DNA of 64,000 nt from an archaeon (lineage in GTDB: Archaea > Asgardarchaeota > Thorarchaeia > Thorarchaeales > Thorarchaeaceae). Location of the stretch: positions 156,535 to 220,534 of the forward strand of contig JAJRWI010000010.1 in NCBI GenBank assembly GCA_024276825.1, in the 5' to 3' direction. The number at the start of each line of letters is the position of its first letter. Positions within the stretch are counted from its first letter, which is position 1. Of the stretch, positions 10,225 through 19,057 are shown piece after piece. A program made the position numbers and the translations under genes. The notes under the pieces were generated by a model. That model worked only from the letters and a program-made list of their open reading frames with translations. It did not search any database and was not told the DNA's origin.

Positions 10225-10437
10225 GACATTTACTGAAATACTTCTCTAATAAGTGTCCAACTTTGTCTAAGTTCTACGCATCTACGCGCTACCCAATAAG
10301 ATTGAGAGAGTTTAGCAGTAAACGTTTACTGCTTGGCGGCATTCAGAAATTCAGAATTTGAGGGAATAATTCAAAGGACAACATTTTTCATATACAGGTG
10401 CGTTTACTTAATCAAACGGGAACAGGGAGCGTAAGAG

Positions 10438-10797
10438 TTGAAGTCCGAACTAGACATGGCTTTTGCAAAGCTGACAAATCCAAGAATGAGTGCAGGTCTT
10501 ATGATCCTGTATAGTCTATTGGAGCCACTCAAGAGCAAGCCCATCTCAGCAACTGAGGTGAAGAACCAGATAGAAAGAATTGCTGGCAAAGACAAGACAA
10601 TGTCCAAGCAATCGATAACAAATGCTGCGAGAAGACTTGAAGAGGTCAAAGTTGTAGACCGAGCAGAGGGATACTCGGTGAATTATGGATATCTGATTTC
10701 GCTTCTTCTACGGGCAGTAATTCGGCTCAATGAAACAGTCAAAGATCTTGAGGAGGAGGTTGCAAACCTCAAACTGGCTGCAAGGAAGACAGATTAG
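10438..10797 (+). CDS. hypothetical wHTH protein with C-terminal coiled coil
   Basis: ISATEV...SKQSITNAARRLEEVKVV followed by a heptad-like tail. Confidence 0.55.
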   Translation: MKSELDMAFAKLTNPRMSAGLMILYSLLEPLKSKPISATEVKNQIERIAGKDKTMSKQSITNAARRLEEVKVVDRAEGYSVNYGYLISLLLRAVIRLNETVKDLEEEVANLKLAARKTD

Positions 10798-11972
10798 ACA
10801 TTTTCTATTGTAGTGGAAACATCATCAAGATCATTAAGAAAGGCATTAAGCGCTCCCTCTGTCACATGAGGCATGACCACAACTCGAATTGTGGGGGGCA
10901 ATGGAGAGGTTGCCATCCGCCAACCCCGCAGCTCCATTTTTTCCACAACTTGCTCGATAGGGACGATTTTGCTCTCAATTCCAAGAATATTCAATACAGG
11001 ATTAATTGCAAGCTTCATGTAACGATTTTGTTCAATCCGGTTCTTTACAAACATCGTTCGCTTCATGCATTCGACTACTATCTTTCGATAACCGAAGCGG
11101 CCAAGGTGTTTCATTATTGCCCATGTGGCCAAAATAGGACCTGCTGGGCGAGTCCCCAGAATCGATGTCTGTGTGGATGCTGCGCCGCGAAGATAGTCAA
11201 TCTTTCGAGTTATTGCCCTCAGCATCTTCTTTGATCGAAACAAAATACTGCCAGCAGGAATGGGAGCAAGACCCATCTTATGTGGGTCAGCGCTGATTGA
11301 GCTGACGCCTTCGACCATAAAGTCAAATGGATATTTTCCAAGCCCAATCTCTCCAAGAAATGGAATCACAAATGCACCGAAGGCTGCATCTACATGAAGC
11401 GGAATCTTATGTTCTTCTGCAATCTTTCCAATCTTATCAATTGGGTCAATCTGCCCCAAGTATGTGGTCCCAGCAGTGGCAAATATGGCGATTGTGTTCT
11501 CAGTTATCACTTTTTCAATGGCTTTTGGAACTGCCTTAAACTCCTTGTCAACTCGCGTCTTTATGAGCTTAACACCAAGCAGCCAAGCAGCCTTGTCTAC
11601 TGAAGCGTGGACAGTCTTGGGGACGATGACTTCGGGAGCATCAATCTTTTTGTTTATCTCACGGGCGGCAAGCATTGCAAGAATGTTAGATTCCGTGCCG
11701 CCTGAGGTAGTGGTACCGTAAGGCTTCTTGAGGTTAAGCAGATCACCAATCATCTCGATGACTTCTTGTTCTACTTCTGCAGTTCCTCTGAATGTATGCA
11801 ACCTACCAGCGTTCTTCTCTAGAGTCTTAGCAAAGACATGGGCACCAAGCTCATGAGGAATTGTTGACATTGAGGCAATGGGATGTCCAGAAACATAAGT
11901 TGCGTCTTGAGCCAGCAGGGCATCAAGCTTTTTCAGAACATCTTCACGGGGTATTCCATTTTCTTCAAACAT
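10794..11972 (-). CDS. mfnA: PLP-dependent tyrosine/aspartate decarboxylase MfnA
   Basis: SGGTESN, HASVDKAA, LHVDAAFG, ISADPHKMG, GTRP. Confidence 0.88.
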   Translation of the reverse strand: MFEENGIPREDVLKKLDALLAQDATYVSGHPIASMSTIPHELGAHVFAKTLEKNAGRLHTFRGTAEVEQEVIEMIGDLLNLKKPYGTTTSGGTESNILAMLAAREINKKIDAPEVIVPKTVHASVDKAAWLLGVKLIKTRVDKEFKAVPKAIEKVITENTIAIFATAGTTYLGQIDPIDKIGKIAEEHKIPLHVDAAFGAFVIPFLGEIGLGKYPFDFMVEGVSSISADPHKMGLAPIPAGSILFRSKKMLRAITRKIDYLRGAASTQTSILGTRPAGPILATWAIMKHLGRFGYRKIVVECMKRTMFVKNRIEQNRYMKLAINPVLNILGIESKIVPIEQVVEKMELRGWRMATSPLPPTIRVVVMPHVTEGALNAFLNDLDDVSTTIENV

Positions 11973-12085
11973 GTTCTGGACTCCAATACGAGTTCTCAAA
12001 ATTCTGATGTATAATCGTTGCGATTAGGTCTTCGCTGTTAAGAAGTTTTATTATTGTTATTGACTCAAACAAAACGGGACCAATA

Positions 12086-12814
12086 GTGAATCTAAAGATC
12101 ATTGGAAACAAAATAGTTGCTTCTGCAGGAACTGCTGCTGTATATTTACCAGTAGCTGCAGGCATTCTGACACCGATGGTCTGGCTTCTTGCATCATGGT
12201 ATTTTTCATGGGACTTGTTAGGTTTTATTCTCCCATTCTCTCATAACATGAGTGGAATGCTTGTCATCGCATTTTCATTTCCAGAGAGCATATCTCAACC
12301 TCTTGTAATTGCACTCTCCGTCATGGATGTCCTCTTTTTCTTCATTGGCATCTCGTTGTTTTTGATCTCATTAGTAGAGATGATCAGGGCTAAAGTCAAG
12401 AAACGTGAGCTTGTGACAACAGGGCCTTATAGATATGTCAGGCACCCACAGCATCTTGGGATATCATTTATCTTTCTTGGGGTCTCATTCATCCATCTAT
12501 TGTTTCCATTTTCCTACAATGTCTACATCCGACCTGGCGACATTATTGCATGGTTGTTCACTACTTTCTTACTAATCACTGTTGCAGACATTGAGGAGGC
12601 GAAACTCACGAGAGAGTTCGGACAGGAGTATGAGGAATATCGTGCAAGAACTTCGTTCATGCTCCCAAGGATCAGACTGCCATTCAAAATGGAGTCGAAA
12701 CATTTGCAGCAGGGAAAACCTCTTCGATATATCATCTGGTTTATTGTTTTTTGGCTTTTAGCATCGGGAATACTATTCCTTTCAGTATTCACAACATTGT
12801 ATTGGACTAGGTGA
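12086..12814 (+). CDS. ICMT/PEMT-family membrane methyltransferase
   Basis: LVTTGPYRYVRHPQHLG, EEAKL..EFGQEYEEYR..T. Confidence 0.82.
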   Translation: MNLKIIGNKIVASAGTAAVYLPVAAGILTPMVWLLASWYFSWDLLGFILPFSHNMSGMLVIAFSFPESISQPLVIALSVMDVLFFFIGISLFLISLVEMIRAKVKKRELVTTGPYRYVRHPQHLGISFIFLGVSFIHLLFPFSYNVYIRPGDIIAWLFTTFLLITVADIEEAKLTREFGQEYEEYRARTSFMLPRIRLPFKMESKHLQQGKPLRYIIWFIVFWLLASGILFLSVFTTLYWTR

Positions 12815-12821
12815 GAGTATC

Positions 12822-13529
12822 ATGGAGAGATCAAGAGTCTTGACAAGTGTGCTGACAGCTCTGGCTTCATTTGCATTATACTTGCCAGTTATTGCAGGAA
12901 TCTTGACACCAATGGTCTGGTTGCTAGCCGCTTGGTATTTTGCGTGGGACTTGCTCTCAGTTATTTTGCCATATTCGAGTCTTATGAGTGGTCTGTGGTT
13001 GGTAAATCTCAATGGGACCACATTGATCATCATATGGCTTGTTGAGATAATAGTGATAATCACAGGAGCCATGATCTTTCTCGCTGCTTTACGTGAGATG
13101 GTCACCCACCGCTCAAAAGGAGGCGGCCTCATCACAACTGGGCCATATTCGTATATTAGGCATCCGCAGCATCTTGGGATTGCTCTATTCTTGCTGCCAT
13201 TCTCATTGTTTCAGATAACATCTTTGACTAGCTTTGCAGGTATTAGGCCCGGTGATATAGTGTCATGGTTGTTTGTTGTGTTCCTTCTGCTCATTTCAGC
13301 AGACTATGAAGAGTTTCGACTTCTAAGACTCTTTGATAATGAGTTTATTGCATATCGAGAGAGAACAGCATTCATCATTCCAAGAATCAGACTAGGATTT
13401 CCTATTGGAACGACGCACCTTTCTCAAGGAAGGCCACTACGATATATTCTCTTATTCTTGACCTTCTGGGTGCTCGCCTCACTCATAATGTTCGTGTTCT
13501 CTTTCGTCGAACTTCAATGGATTTTGTGA
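12822..13529 (+). CDS. ICMT/PEMT-family membrane methyltransferase (tandem paralog)
   Basis: LITTGPYSYIRHPQHLG; shares YLPV.AGILTPMVWLLA.WYF with the upstream gene. Confidence 0.82.
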   Translation: MERSRVLTSVLTALASFALYLPVIAGILTPMVWLLAAWYFAWDLLSVILPYSSLMSGLWLVNLNGTTLIIIWLVEIIVIITGAMIFLAALREMVTHRSKGGGLITTGPYSYIRHPQHLGIALFLLPFSLFQITSLTSFAGIRPGDIVSWLFVVFLLLISADYEEFRLLRLFDNEFIAYRERTAFIIPRIRLGFPIGTTHLSQGRPLRYILLFLTFWVLASLIMFVFSFVELQWIL

Positions 13530-13636
13530 GAAGAAATTCATATGGTGAAAGATTCATACTATGCAGAACTTTACTGTGTTCAATGAAAAAAGCTAATAAG
13601 CAATAAGATTTGACTTCCACAACGAACAACCCCTAT

Positions 13637-13711
13637 GGCCCGAGTGGGGTAGTGGCAACCTTGGAGACTGTGGATCTCTAGCGGCGGGTTCGATTCCCGC
13701 CTCGGGCCCCA
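13637..13711 (+). tRNA. tRNA-His(GTG) with encoded G-1 and CCA
   Basis: Acceptor GCCCGAG/CTCGGGC, anticodon arm GGAGA-CTGTGGA-TCTCT, T arm GCGGG-TTCGATT-CCCGC, C73 discriminator plus CCA. Confidence 0.95.
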
Positions 13712-13761
13712 CTTCTATCATCCAGCCGTTCTAAAGTCTAGAATAATATTATTTCTGAGTA

Positions 13762-15594
13762 ATGCAAGTATCGATAATGATGAGCAATGAATCATTCAAT
13801 AGAAATGGGACCACACTAAAAGAGTTGATTCTAAAGAGAGCAATCGTTGCTGCCATCGCTGCTATTGTGGTTATTGCATCAATCAGTATACTTGTTCCAA
13901 GCACGGTGACTCCGCAGATAATTATTGAGAAGGAGAATAATCCAAGCGGTCATGAGGGATTCAATCTGACTTCTAGTTTGAGCAACCACACATCATCTCA
14001 GACTATGTTGAATGACACACCATTTTTGAGCGATGAGTTTTGGACCATAAATGCATATAGCCTATCGTCTGATTGGTCAACATACCAAATCACGCAATTG
14101 GGAGATCATGCAGTCATTGCAATAGAAAATGGGGAGTGCGAATTTACTAGGGAGTTTAGTGTGAATGTAGCTGTCCAAAATACAATAAATCTCACATTAA
14201 AGGGCAAGGTGATCTCAGGCCAGGTCGAGATCTTTGTAAGATTTTATGTATGGTCGTGGTATACTCCTAATTATTATACAGGGAATTATCAATATATAAC
14301 GAAGATAGACGCGGGAGAGAGAATTGACTTCTCATTCTTTAGGGACATTAGCAATTTGAAGACATTATTATCACCAAGATGGATAGCAAGTATAAGCACG
14401 CAAATAGAAATAGTCGCTGAGGAGAGTTGCGTGGCTCAAATAGATTCTGCGATCATTGAAACTACTTCAGAAGAGCCACTAGCGACTTTGACCGTTGATA
14501 TGCAAAACACGGGAATGGAGAGTATATATGACATATCAGGCGTTTCCAATACTTACAACATTCCTGGAATTAACATAACAGACCTGGCCACATCAGAGTG
14601 GTCGGTCATAACACCTATGACTAAGGACTTGAAGGTGTATCTTCCCTCAGGAAACTTTTCTTGCACTGCGGGATTATTCAATTACTCTACCGAAGACACG
14701 CACTTTGAGTTTCTGCTATCTTTAGACTCAAGACTTGATTATCGACTTGTGATTAGAGTTGAAATGATTAGAATTGATTTCAGCATGACACCAGATCTGC
14801 CTCAGATTGGAGTTTCGATTAGATGGTCAGAGGAAGTATTGTATTGTTGGGATGGAGAGATCACACCACCTTATTCGATTAAAATCTTCATTCCCGCAAA
14901 GGCTGGCGAATTGATTGTTTCTATTGTATATCTTAGTAGAATTGATGGAAGGCTTAGTCTAGTAGGCACAAGAGTATCACTCAATGGCACATTAAATCTT
15001 AAAGTATCAGTAAAGGCACCATTCTTTTCATTCCTTGGAGGAGCTGCTACGGCGGGAGATATTGTTCTGATTGCTGTTGGAATTGCCTTGCTAATAATGA
15101 CACTTTCGAGTCTTAATGAGATCACCAGACCTTATGGGTGGGAGGTAGTAATTAAAGATCCAAAGTTCATTCCAATACTGATATTAGGCGCCAGCGCCCT
15201 GTTTCCATGGTTGGTGGAGTCGCATACTGGCAGTAATTTGGGATCACCACCACATGTATTAGTTTCATATTACTATGTGCCATTCTGTGTGAAACTAATA
15301 AAAACACAGAACAGTCTGCTATTTCCATTAATGTATCAATACCTGATAATAGACCTCATCTTCAAAATCATGGTGTTTTGGATACCACTACTCTACGGAT
15401 ATTCACGCATTGGGTTCAGTATGAAAAGCATTTGGAATGATTATCTTTATGCGATAGCAATACCATTCATTCTAGTTATTTTGACTCTATTTGATAATCA
15501 TGGTGGGCAGATTGGGCCAGGATTGGTGCTTGCGGCCATTGCACCTGCTGTGTATGTCGTTCAACGCAAACTATATCGCAAATTGAGAAGATAA
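13762..15594 (+). CDS. hypothetical membrane protein with large extracellular beta-rich region
   Basis: N-terminal TM, several N-x-S/T sequons, about 5 C-terminal TM; AT-rich. Confidence 0.6.
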   Translation: MQVSIMMSNESFNRNGTTLKELILKRAIVAAIAAIVVIASISILVPSTVTPQIIIEKENNPSGHEGFNLTSSLSNHTSSQTMLNDTPFLSDEFWTINAYSLSSDWSTYQITQLGDHAVIAIENGECEFTREFSVNVAVQNTINLTLKGKVISGQVEIFVRFYVWSWYTPNYYTGNYQYITKIDAGERIDFSFFRDISNLKTLLSPRWIASISTQIEIVAEESCVAQIDSAIIETTSEEPLATLTVDMQNTGMESIYDISGVSNTYNIPGINITDLATSEWSVITPMTKDLKVYLPSGNFSCTAGLFNYSTEDTHFEFLLSLDSRLDYRLVIRVEMIRIDFSMTPDLPQIGVSIRWSEEVLYCWDGEITPPYSIKIFIPAKAGELIVSIVYLSRIDGRLSLVGTRVSLNGTLNLKVSVKAPFFSFLGGAATAGDIVLIAVGIALLIMTLSSLNEITRPYGWEVVIKDPKFIPILILGASALFPWLVESHTGSNLGSPPHVLVSYYYVPFCVKLIKTQNSLLFPLMYQYLIIDLIFKIMVFWIPLLYGYSRIGFSMKSIWNDYLYAIAIPFILVILTLFDNHGGQIGPGLVLAAIAPAVYVVQRKLYRKLRR

Positions 15595-15601
15595 TTGGAT
15601 T

Positions 15602-16054
15602 GTGTTGGTAATGATGAAACGGAAGGATGATCTGCCAATTATTTTTAAGCTGGGTGAAACCACTTGGCGAGTCTTACTGGTTATCTTAAGTATTAGGGAA
15701 CCCATTGGTCCTAGGGAGTTGTCAAGGCGGCTGAATTTCAGTAGTCCCAGTGTTGGGCTATATCATTTAGAGAAGTTGAAAGAGGAGGACCTTGTTCACA
15801 AGACCAGAGATGGGGACTATATTATCAACACGAATGCGGACTTTGGGTTTTTGGAGAACTATCTGTTCTATGAACAGGGGGCGTTGCCAAGAATCACGAT
15901 GTATGCTACATTTGTCACATTCTTGATGCTGGCATATGGATTATTCATCCCCTTTGATTTTAGTGCTCATAATATCTTTGCGCTTGTTGTGGGATGGTCA
16001 GCGGCCACATTCTTCTGGAGAGAGTTCATTAGGTATTATCGGACATTGAAATGA
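15602..16054 (+). CDS. membrane-anchored wHTH regulator
   Basis: IGPRELSRRLNFSSPSVGLYHLEKL followed by two TM helices. Confidence 0.72.
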   Translation: MLVMMKRKDDLPIIFKLGETTWRVLLVILSIREPIGPRELSRRLNFSSPSVGLYHLEKLKEEDLVHKTRDGDYIINTNADFGFLENYLFYEQGALPRITMYATFVTFLMLAYGLFIPFDFSAHNIFALVVGWSAATFFWREFIRYYRTLK

Positions 16055-16121
16055 AGTAGAGGTCAGGTTCATAATTGATTTAAACAATGCAAGGATTATC
16101 TTCTTGATCATGACAGGAAAT

Positions 16122-16264
16122 ATGCATGCTGCATTGTTTTATGATATTGGTGATGTGAGATATGAGGTGACTAATGTTCCCGAGATTGGTGATGGAGAGA
16201 TATTGATCAAGGTTGGTACTGCACTTACATGTGGAACGGACGTTAAAACATACAGGAAGGGGCA
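16122..16264 (+). pseudogene. 5' fragment of a zinc-dependent alcohol dehydrogenase, cut by an IS607-derived element
   Basis: MHAALFYDIGDVRYE...GTALTCGTDVKTYRKGH matches the N-terminus of the intact gene at 20413-21475 and ends exactly at the element end (16265). Confidence 0.88.
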
Positions 16265-16473
16265 CCGTTCATTGTTAGTTGGACATTCTTGGACACTATT
16301 GTCCTGTCCTTCCAAGAACGGTACTGGAATATTTCTCGTGATTGTGTCCTCAATCGAGCTATTTAAGCTCCCACATTTTTCGAGTGGTATCGTCAAATAA
16401 ATATTTAAACAGTGTCCAACTTTTCTATGTGTGCAATTTATGCCACAAGAGGATGTCTTCAAGGGAGGAGGAC

Positions 16474-17754
16474 TCATGTGTTGGTCTTCAATAGTCCTTT
16501 GACTATTCCAATGAACTCCTCCGTTCCAATCTCTCTCTTTATCCTCTTGAGCCTTCTCAATTCTCTCCTGTACCTCTCCTCTTTTCTCTTGCTCATCTCT
16601 CTGTTGTATGCATCCCTAAACACTGTCTTGTCCCTCAACATCCTCCACACCACCACCATCAGTCTTCTGGCCAAGGCTATGGTCGCCACATGATGATTAC
16701 GCCTCATCTTGAGTCTCTTGTGATACTCCCTCAACTCCCATGGACCAATCTGAGCACACTTCTGCGCCACTAGATACATCACAGTCCTGACATGTCTGTT
16801 ACTAGTCTTCACTATTCCCCCTGCCTTACTCACAGGACCCGACTGATATGTCCTTGGGACCAACCCCAGATATGAACACATCTTCTCAGGACTGTCAAAT
16901 CGCCCCACCCCCCCAATCTCTGCCTTCACCACCGCAGCACTGGTCAGGGCCATACCAGGTATTGTGACCAACAACTCGATGTCCCTGTCACCATTCTCAT
17001 CCCTCATCTGTTCCACCAACCCAGCTATGGCAGCATCAAACATCCTCACCCGTTCCTCTAACACCTCCATGTTCCGCAACAGGTCCATGATGATCAACCT
17101 CTGGACCTCTGACACTGACCCGAAGACCCTCTTCTGCTCCCAGGTCAACCCGGTGTGGTCCCCCCTCAGAGCTCTGAGAAGTGCCAGACGCGCAGCCTTA
17201 CCAAAGGTGTCACAGAGTCCAAGGTCCACCAGTACCGTGTCAAGAACACTGTGACACCGGTTCTTTGTCCTGGCAAGGTCTCTCACCAGTCTGGCACGCA
17301 TCCTTGTGGCATCCCTCAGGTCCTTGATGACCCCCTTAGGAACATAGGAAGGTCTGACAAACCCGGCCCTCAGCAGAACTGCCAACCAGACACTGTCCCT
17401 CATGTCGGTCTTGTGCCCTGCCACATTCTTGACCTGTCTGGAGTTTGCCAGGACAATCTTGACCCCTGCCCTCTCAACAGCTGTGAACACTGCACACCAG
17501 TAGACTCCTGTGGACTCGACCACTGCCGTGGAGACCCCGATGTCTCTCATCCATCCGGTCAGTTGAATGAACCCCTTCCAGGAGTTGGAGAATGTCCTGT
17601 GTTCAACATGTTCTCCCATCACAAGACCCAGATCGGATGCCTGCCCTGGTAGATACTGTCTGTCGTGTTCATCAAGTTCCCCAATAGCAGCACAGACCAG
17701 AGTCTTCTTGCTCACATCGATTCCGCAATATTTTAGTGGTCTCATTACACTCAT
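16474..17754 (-). CDS. IS110 DEDD recombinase/transposase, apparently intact
   Basis: GIDVSK, VESTG, KTDMRDS (DEDD); TIPGM...AEIG...RF...GLVP..YQSG (catalytic Ser), VALARR-like IALARR; start likely MSVMRP after GAGGG. Confidence 0.95.
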   Translation of the reverse strand: MSVMRPLKYCGIDVSKKTLVCAAIGELDEHDRQYLPGQASDLGLVMGEHVEHRTFSNSWKGFIQLTGWMRDIGVSTAVVESTGVYWCAVFTAVERAGVKIVLANSRQVKNVAGHKTDMRDSVWLAVLLRAGFVRPSYVPKGVIKDLRDATRMRARLVRDLARTKNRCHSVLDTVLVDLGLCDTFGKAARLALLRALRGDHTGLTWEQKRVFGSVSEVQRLIIMDLLRNMEVLEERVRMFDAAIAGLVEQMRDENGDRDIELLVTIPGMALTSAAVVKAEIGGVGRFDSPEKMCSYLGLVPRTYQSGPVSKAGGIVKTSNRHVRTVMYLVAQKCAQIGPWELREYHKRLKMRRNHHVATIALARRLMVVVWRMLRDKTVFRDAYNREMSKRKEERYRRELRRLKRIKREIGTEEFIGIVKGLLKTNT

Positions 17755-17774
17755 AACAACGACCCTCAGTTCTT

Positions 17775-17915
17775 CTGGGACTGTGGACGACCGGGAGTGA
17801 CAATTTTCAATACGTGCTCGTGGCACAAGGAGATCACTTCGTCTGGTCGTCCAGGGTCATTTTGTCCACCGTCATCCCGGTGACACTGTTGGGCCCGACC
17901 CATCTAGTCCCTGTG
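17775..17915 (-). ncRNA. putative IS110 bridge RNA (target-binding and donor-binding loops)
   Basis: Non-coding leader; outer stem GGGACT/AGTCCC encloses two stem-internal loop-hairpin modules (GGGTC/GACCC and GGACGACC/GGTCGTCC) whose loop strands match the target and the donor junction. Confidence 0.75.
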
Positions 17916-17976
17916 CGGAGAGTTCTCATTGCACACTCATATCTTTTGTCTAGGTTCTACGCATCTACGCGCAACC

Positions 17977-18223
17977 CATACTCCACCACTTTTACAGCCG
18001 GCACATTCTCCGTAATAGTCCGAACCGCTGTGTTCACAGCACTGTCATGATGCATCACAACCACCACATCCGAGACCACCGGTGTGGAAAACGGCATGAC
18101 CCACAACGGTGACAGCACGGCAACCACAAGCAGGGCACACTTGATTTTCAAAAGGAAAAGGTTACGATGACGACCGACTGACAAAACTTCTTTCATGCAC
18201 TCGATAGTCATTATTTTCTCCAT
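17977..18223 (-). pseudogene. 5' fragment of a paralog of 19058-20095, cut by the IS607-derived element
   Basis: LSPLWVMP...VVVMHHDSAVNTAVRTI...PAVKVVEYG aligns to the intact paralog and stops at the TAT-GGG junction. Confidence 0.85.
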
Positions 18224-18609
18224 CTCTTCCCCTAAAGATTGCCAACTCTGAATAATAAGGGGAGCAAATGTAAATAAAATTTCTGAAGAATTTAACTCTG
18301 AGAAAAAGGCGAGTCTGTGTACACAATAAAAAAGGGAGACGAGAAGACCCTATTATGAAAAGAGAGAGGAGAGTTTCTCGGATGTTCCGATCTAGTTCCA
18401 TTCAAGCACTTGTATATTCCACTAACTAACCCCATCTCGCTCATGAGAGTTCCCTCCTTTGACTACTTGGCTCATAAAATGTATATGAAATTTCCAGAAA
18501 TTTTCTCATTTTGAGTGTGAAAGGACCCAAGAAAACATTGTTACACGCCAGAGCTAATTCGTAAAGGAACAATCACCAAGATGACAGCCATTGATGCGAT
18601 CGTGAACTG

Positions 18610-19023
18610 CTAGTTCAGATGAAAGTAAGGCCAAGCCTCAAGATAAGTGCAGCTAGTAGCTATCAAGGTAAGTAATACAAAGATGATAACGATAAGCCAA
18701 GGTGGCATAGAAACCCGTGGGGAGAAAGCAATCAGAATTGTGACAATTATCATAATGACTTCTAATAGAACAAACTGTGCAATGCTGATTCGTAGAGATC
18801 TCTGTCGTATTTTTGCAATAGCCAGATAGAGAAGTCCATCTTCGGTAGTAGAGATCCAATTTGCACGAACAAGTGATCTAATAGAGCGTTCACTCAGAGT
18901 ACTCTGTTCAACAAGCGTGGAAAGCGGAACAGCTGAATCGGGGCTTGTAGCTCCGAGATTCACCAAGTGCCTTAATGCGGGGTTCCTCACCCGACGATTG
19001 AAGAAGAGTCCTGCACTGCTCAC
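18610..19023 (-). CDS. small membrane protein (wHTH-like N-terminus plus 2 TM), candidate partner/immunity protein
   Basis: GTG at 19023 after a GGTGA RBS; two C-terminal TM helices; directly downstream of 19058-20095. Confidence 0.5.
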   Translation of the reverse strand: MSSAGLFFNRRVRNPALRHLVNLGATSPDSAVPLSTLVEQSTLSERSIRSLVRANWISTTEDGLLYLAIAKIRQRSLRISIAQFVLLEVIMIIVTILIAFSPRVSMPPWLIVIIFVLLTLIATSCTYLEAWPYFHLN

Positions 19024-19057
19024 AAGTATCACCAGTTCATCCGAAGAATGTAGTTGC

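Larger units (their letters stand above)
9724..10293 (-). mobile_element. internally deleted IS607-family element (5' tnpA joined to 3' tip of tnpB) with both ends retained
   Basis: Left end on minus strand TGG|GTAGCGCGTAGATGCGTAGAACTTAGACAAAGTTGGACAC; right end ...TGTCCAACTTTGTCCAATTTACAATGAAC|GG; both ends recur elsewhere in the window; GG junctions are typical of IS607. Confidence 0.9.
16425..17947 (-). mobile_element. IS110-family element (about 1523 bp)
   Basis: CTTTT at both junctions (16420-16424, 17943-17947); 9-bp subterminal inverted repeat GTGTGCAAT (16429-16437) / ATTGCACAC (17928-17936); removing it restores the IS607 left end. Confidence 0.9.
16265..17976 (-). mobile_element. 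about 189 bp IS607-derived MITE-like element, split by an IS110 insertion
   Basis: Right end CCGTTCATTGT..GTTGGACA..GTCCTGTCCTTCCAAGAACGGTACTGG at 16265; left end TTTGTCTAGGTTCTACGCATCTACGCGCAACC at 17945-17976; both match the ends of the element at 9724-10293. Confidence 0.88.

Noticed and set aside
16245-16264. MITE right-end flank acting as a TnpB guide against the intact dehydrogenase gene
   Set aside because: Only about 12 of 16 nt match the intact paralog, with mismatches near the seed and no TGG motif in the expected position.
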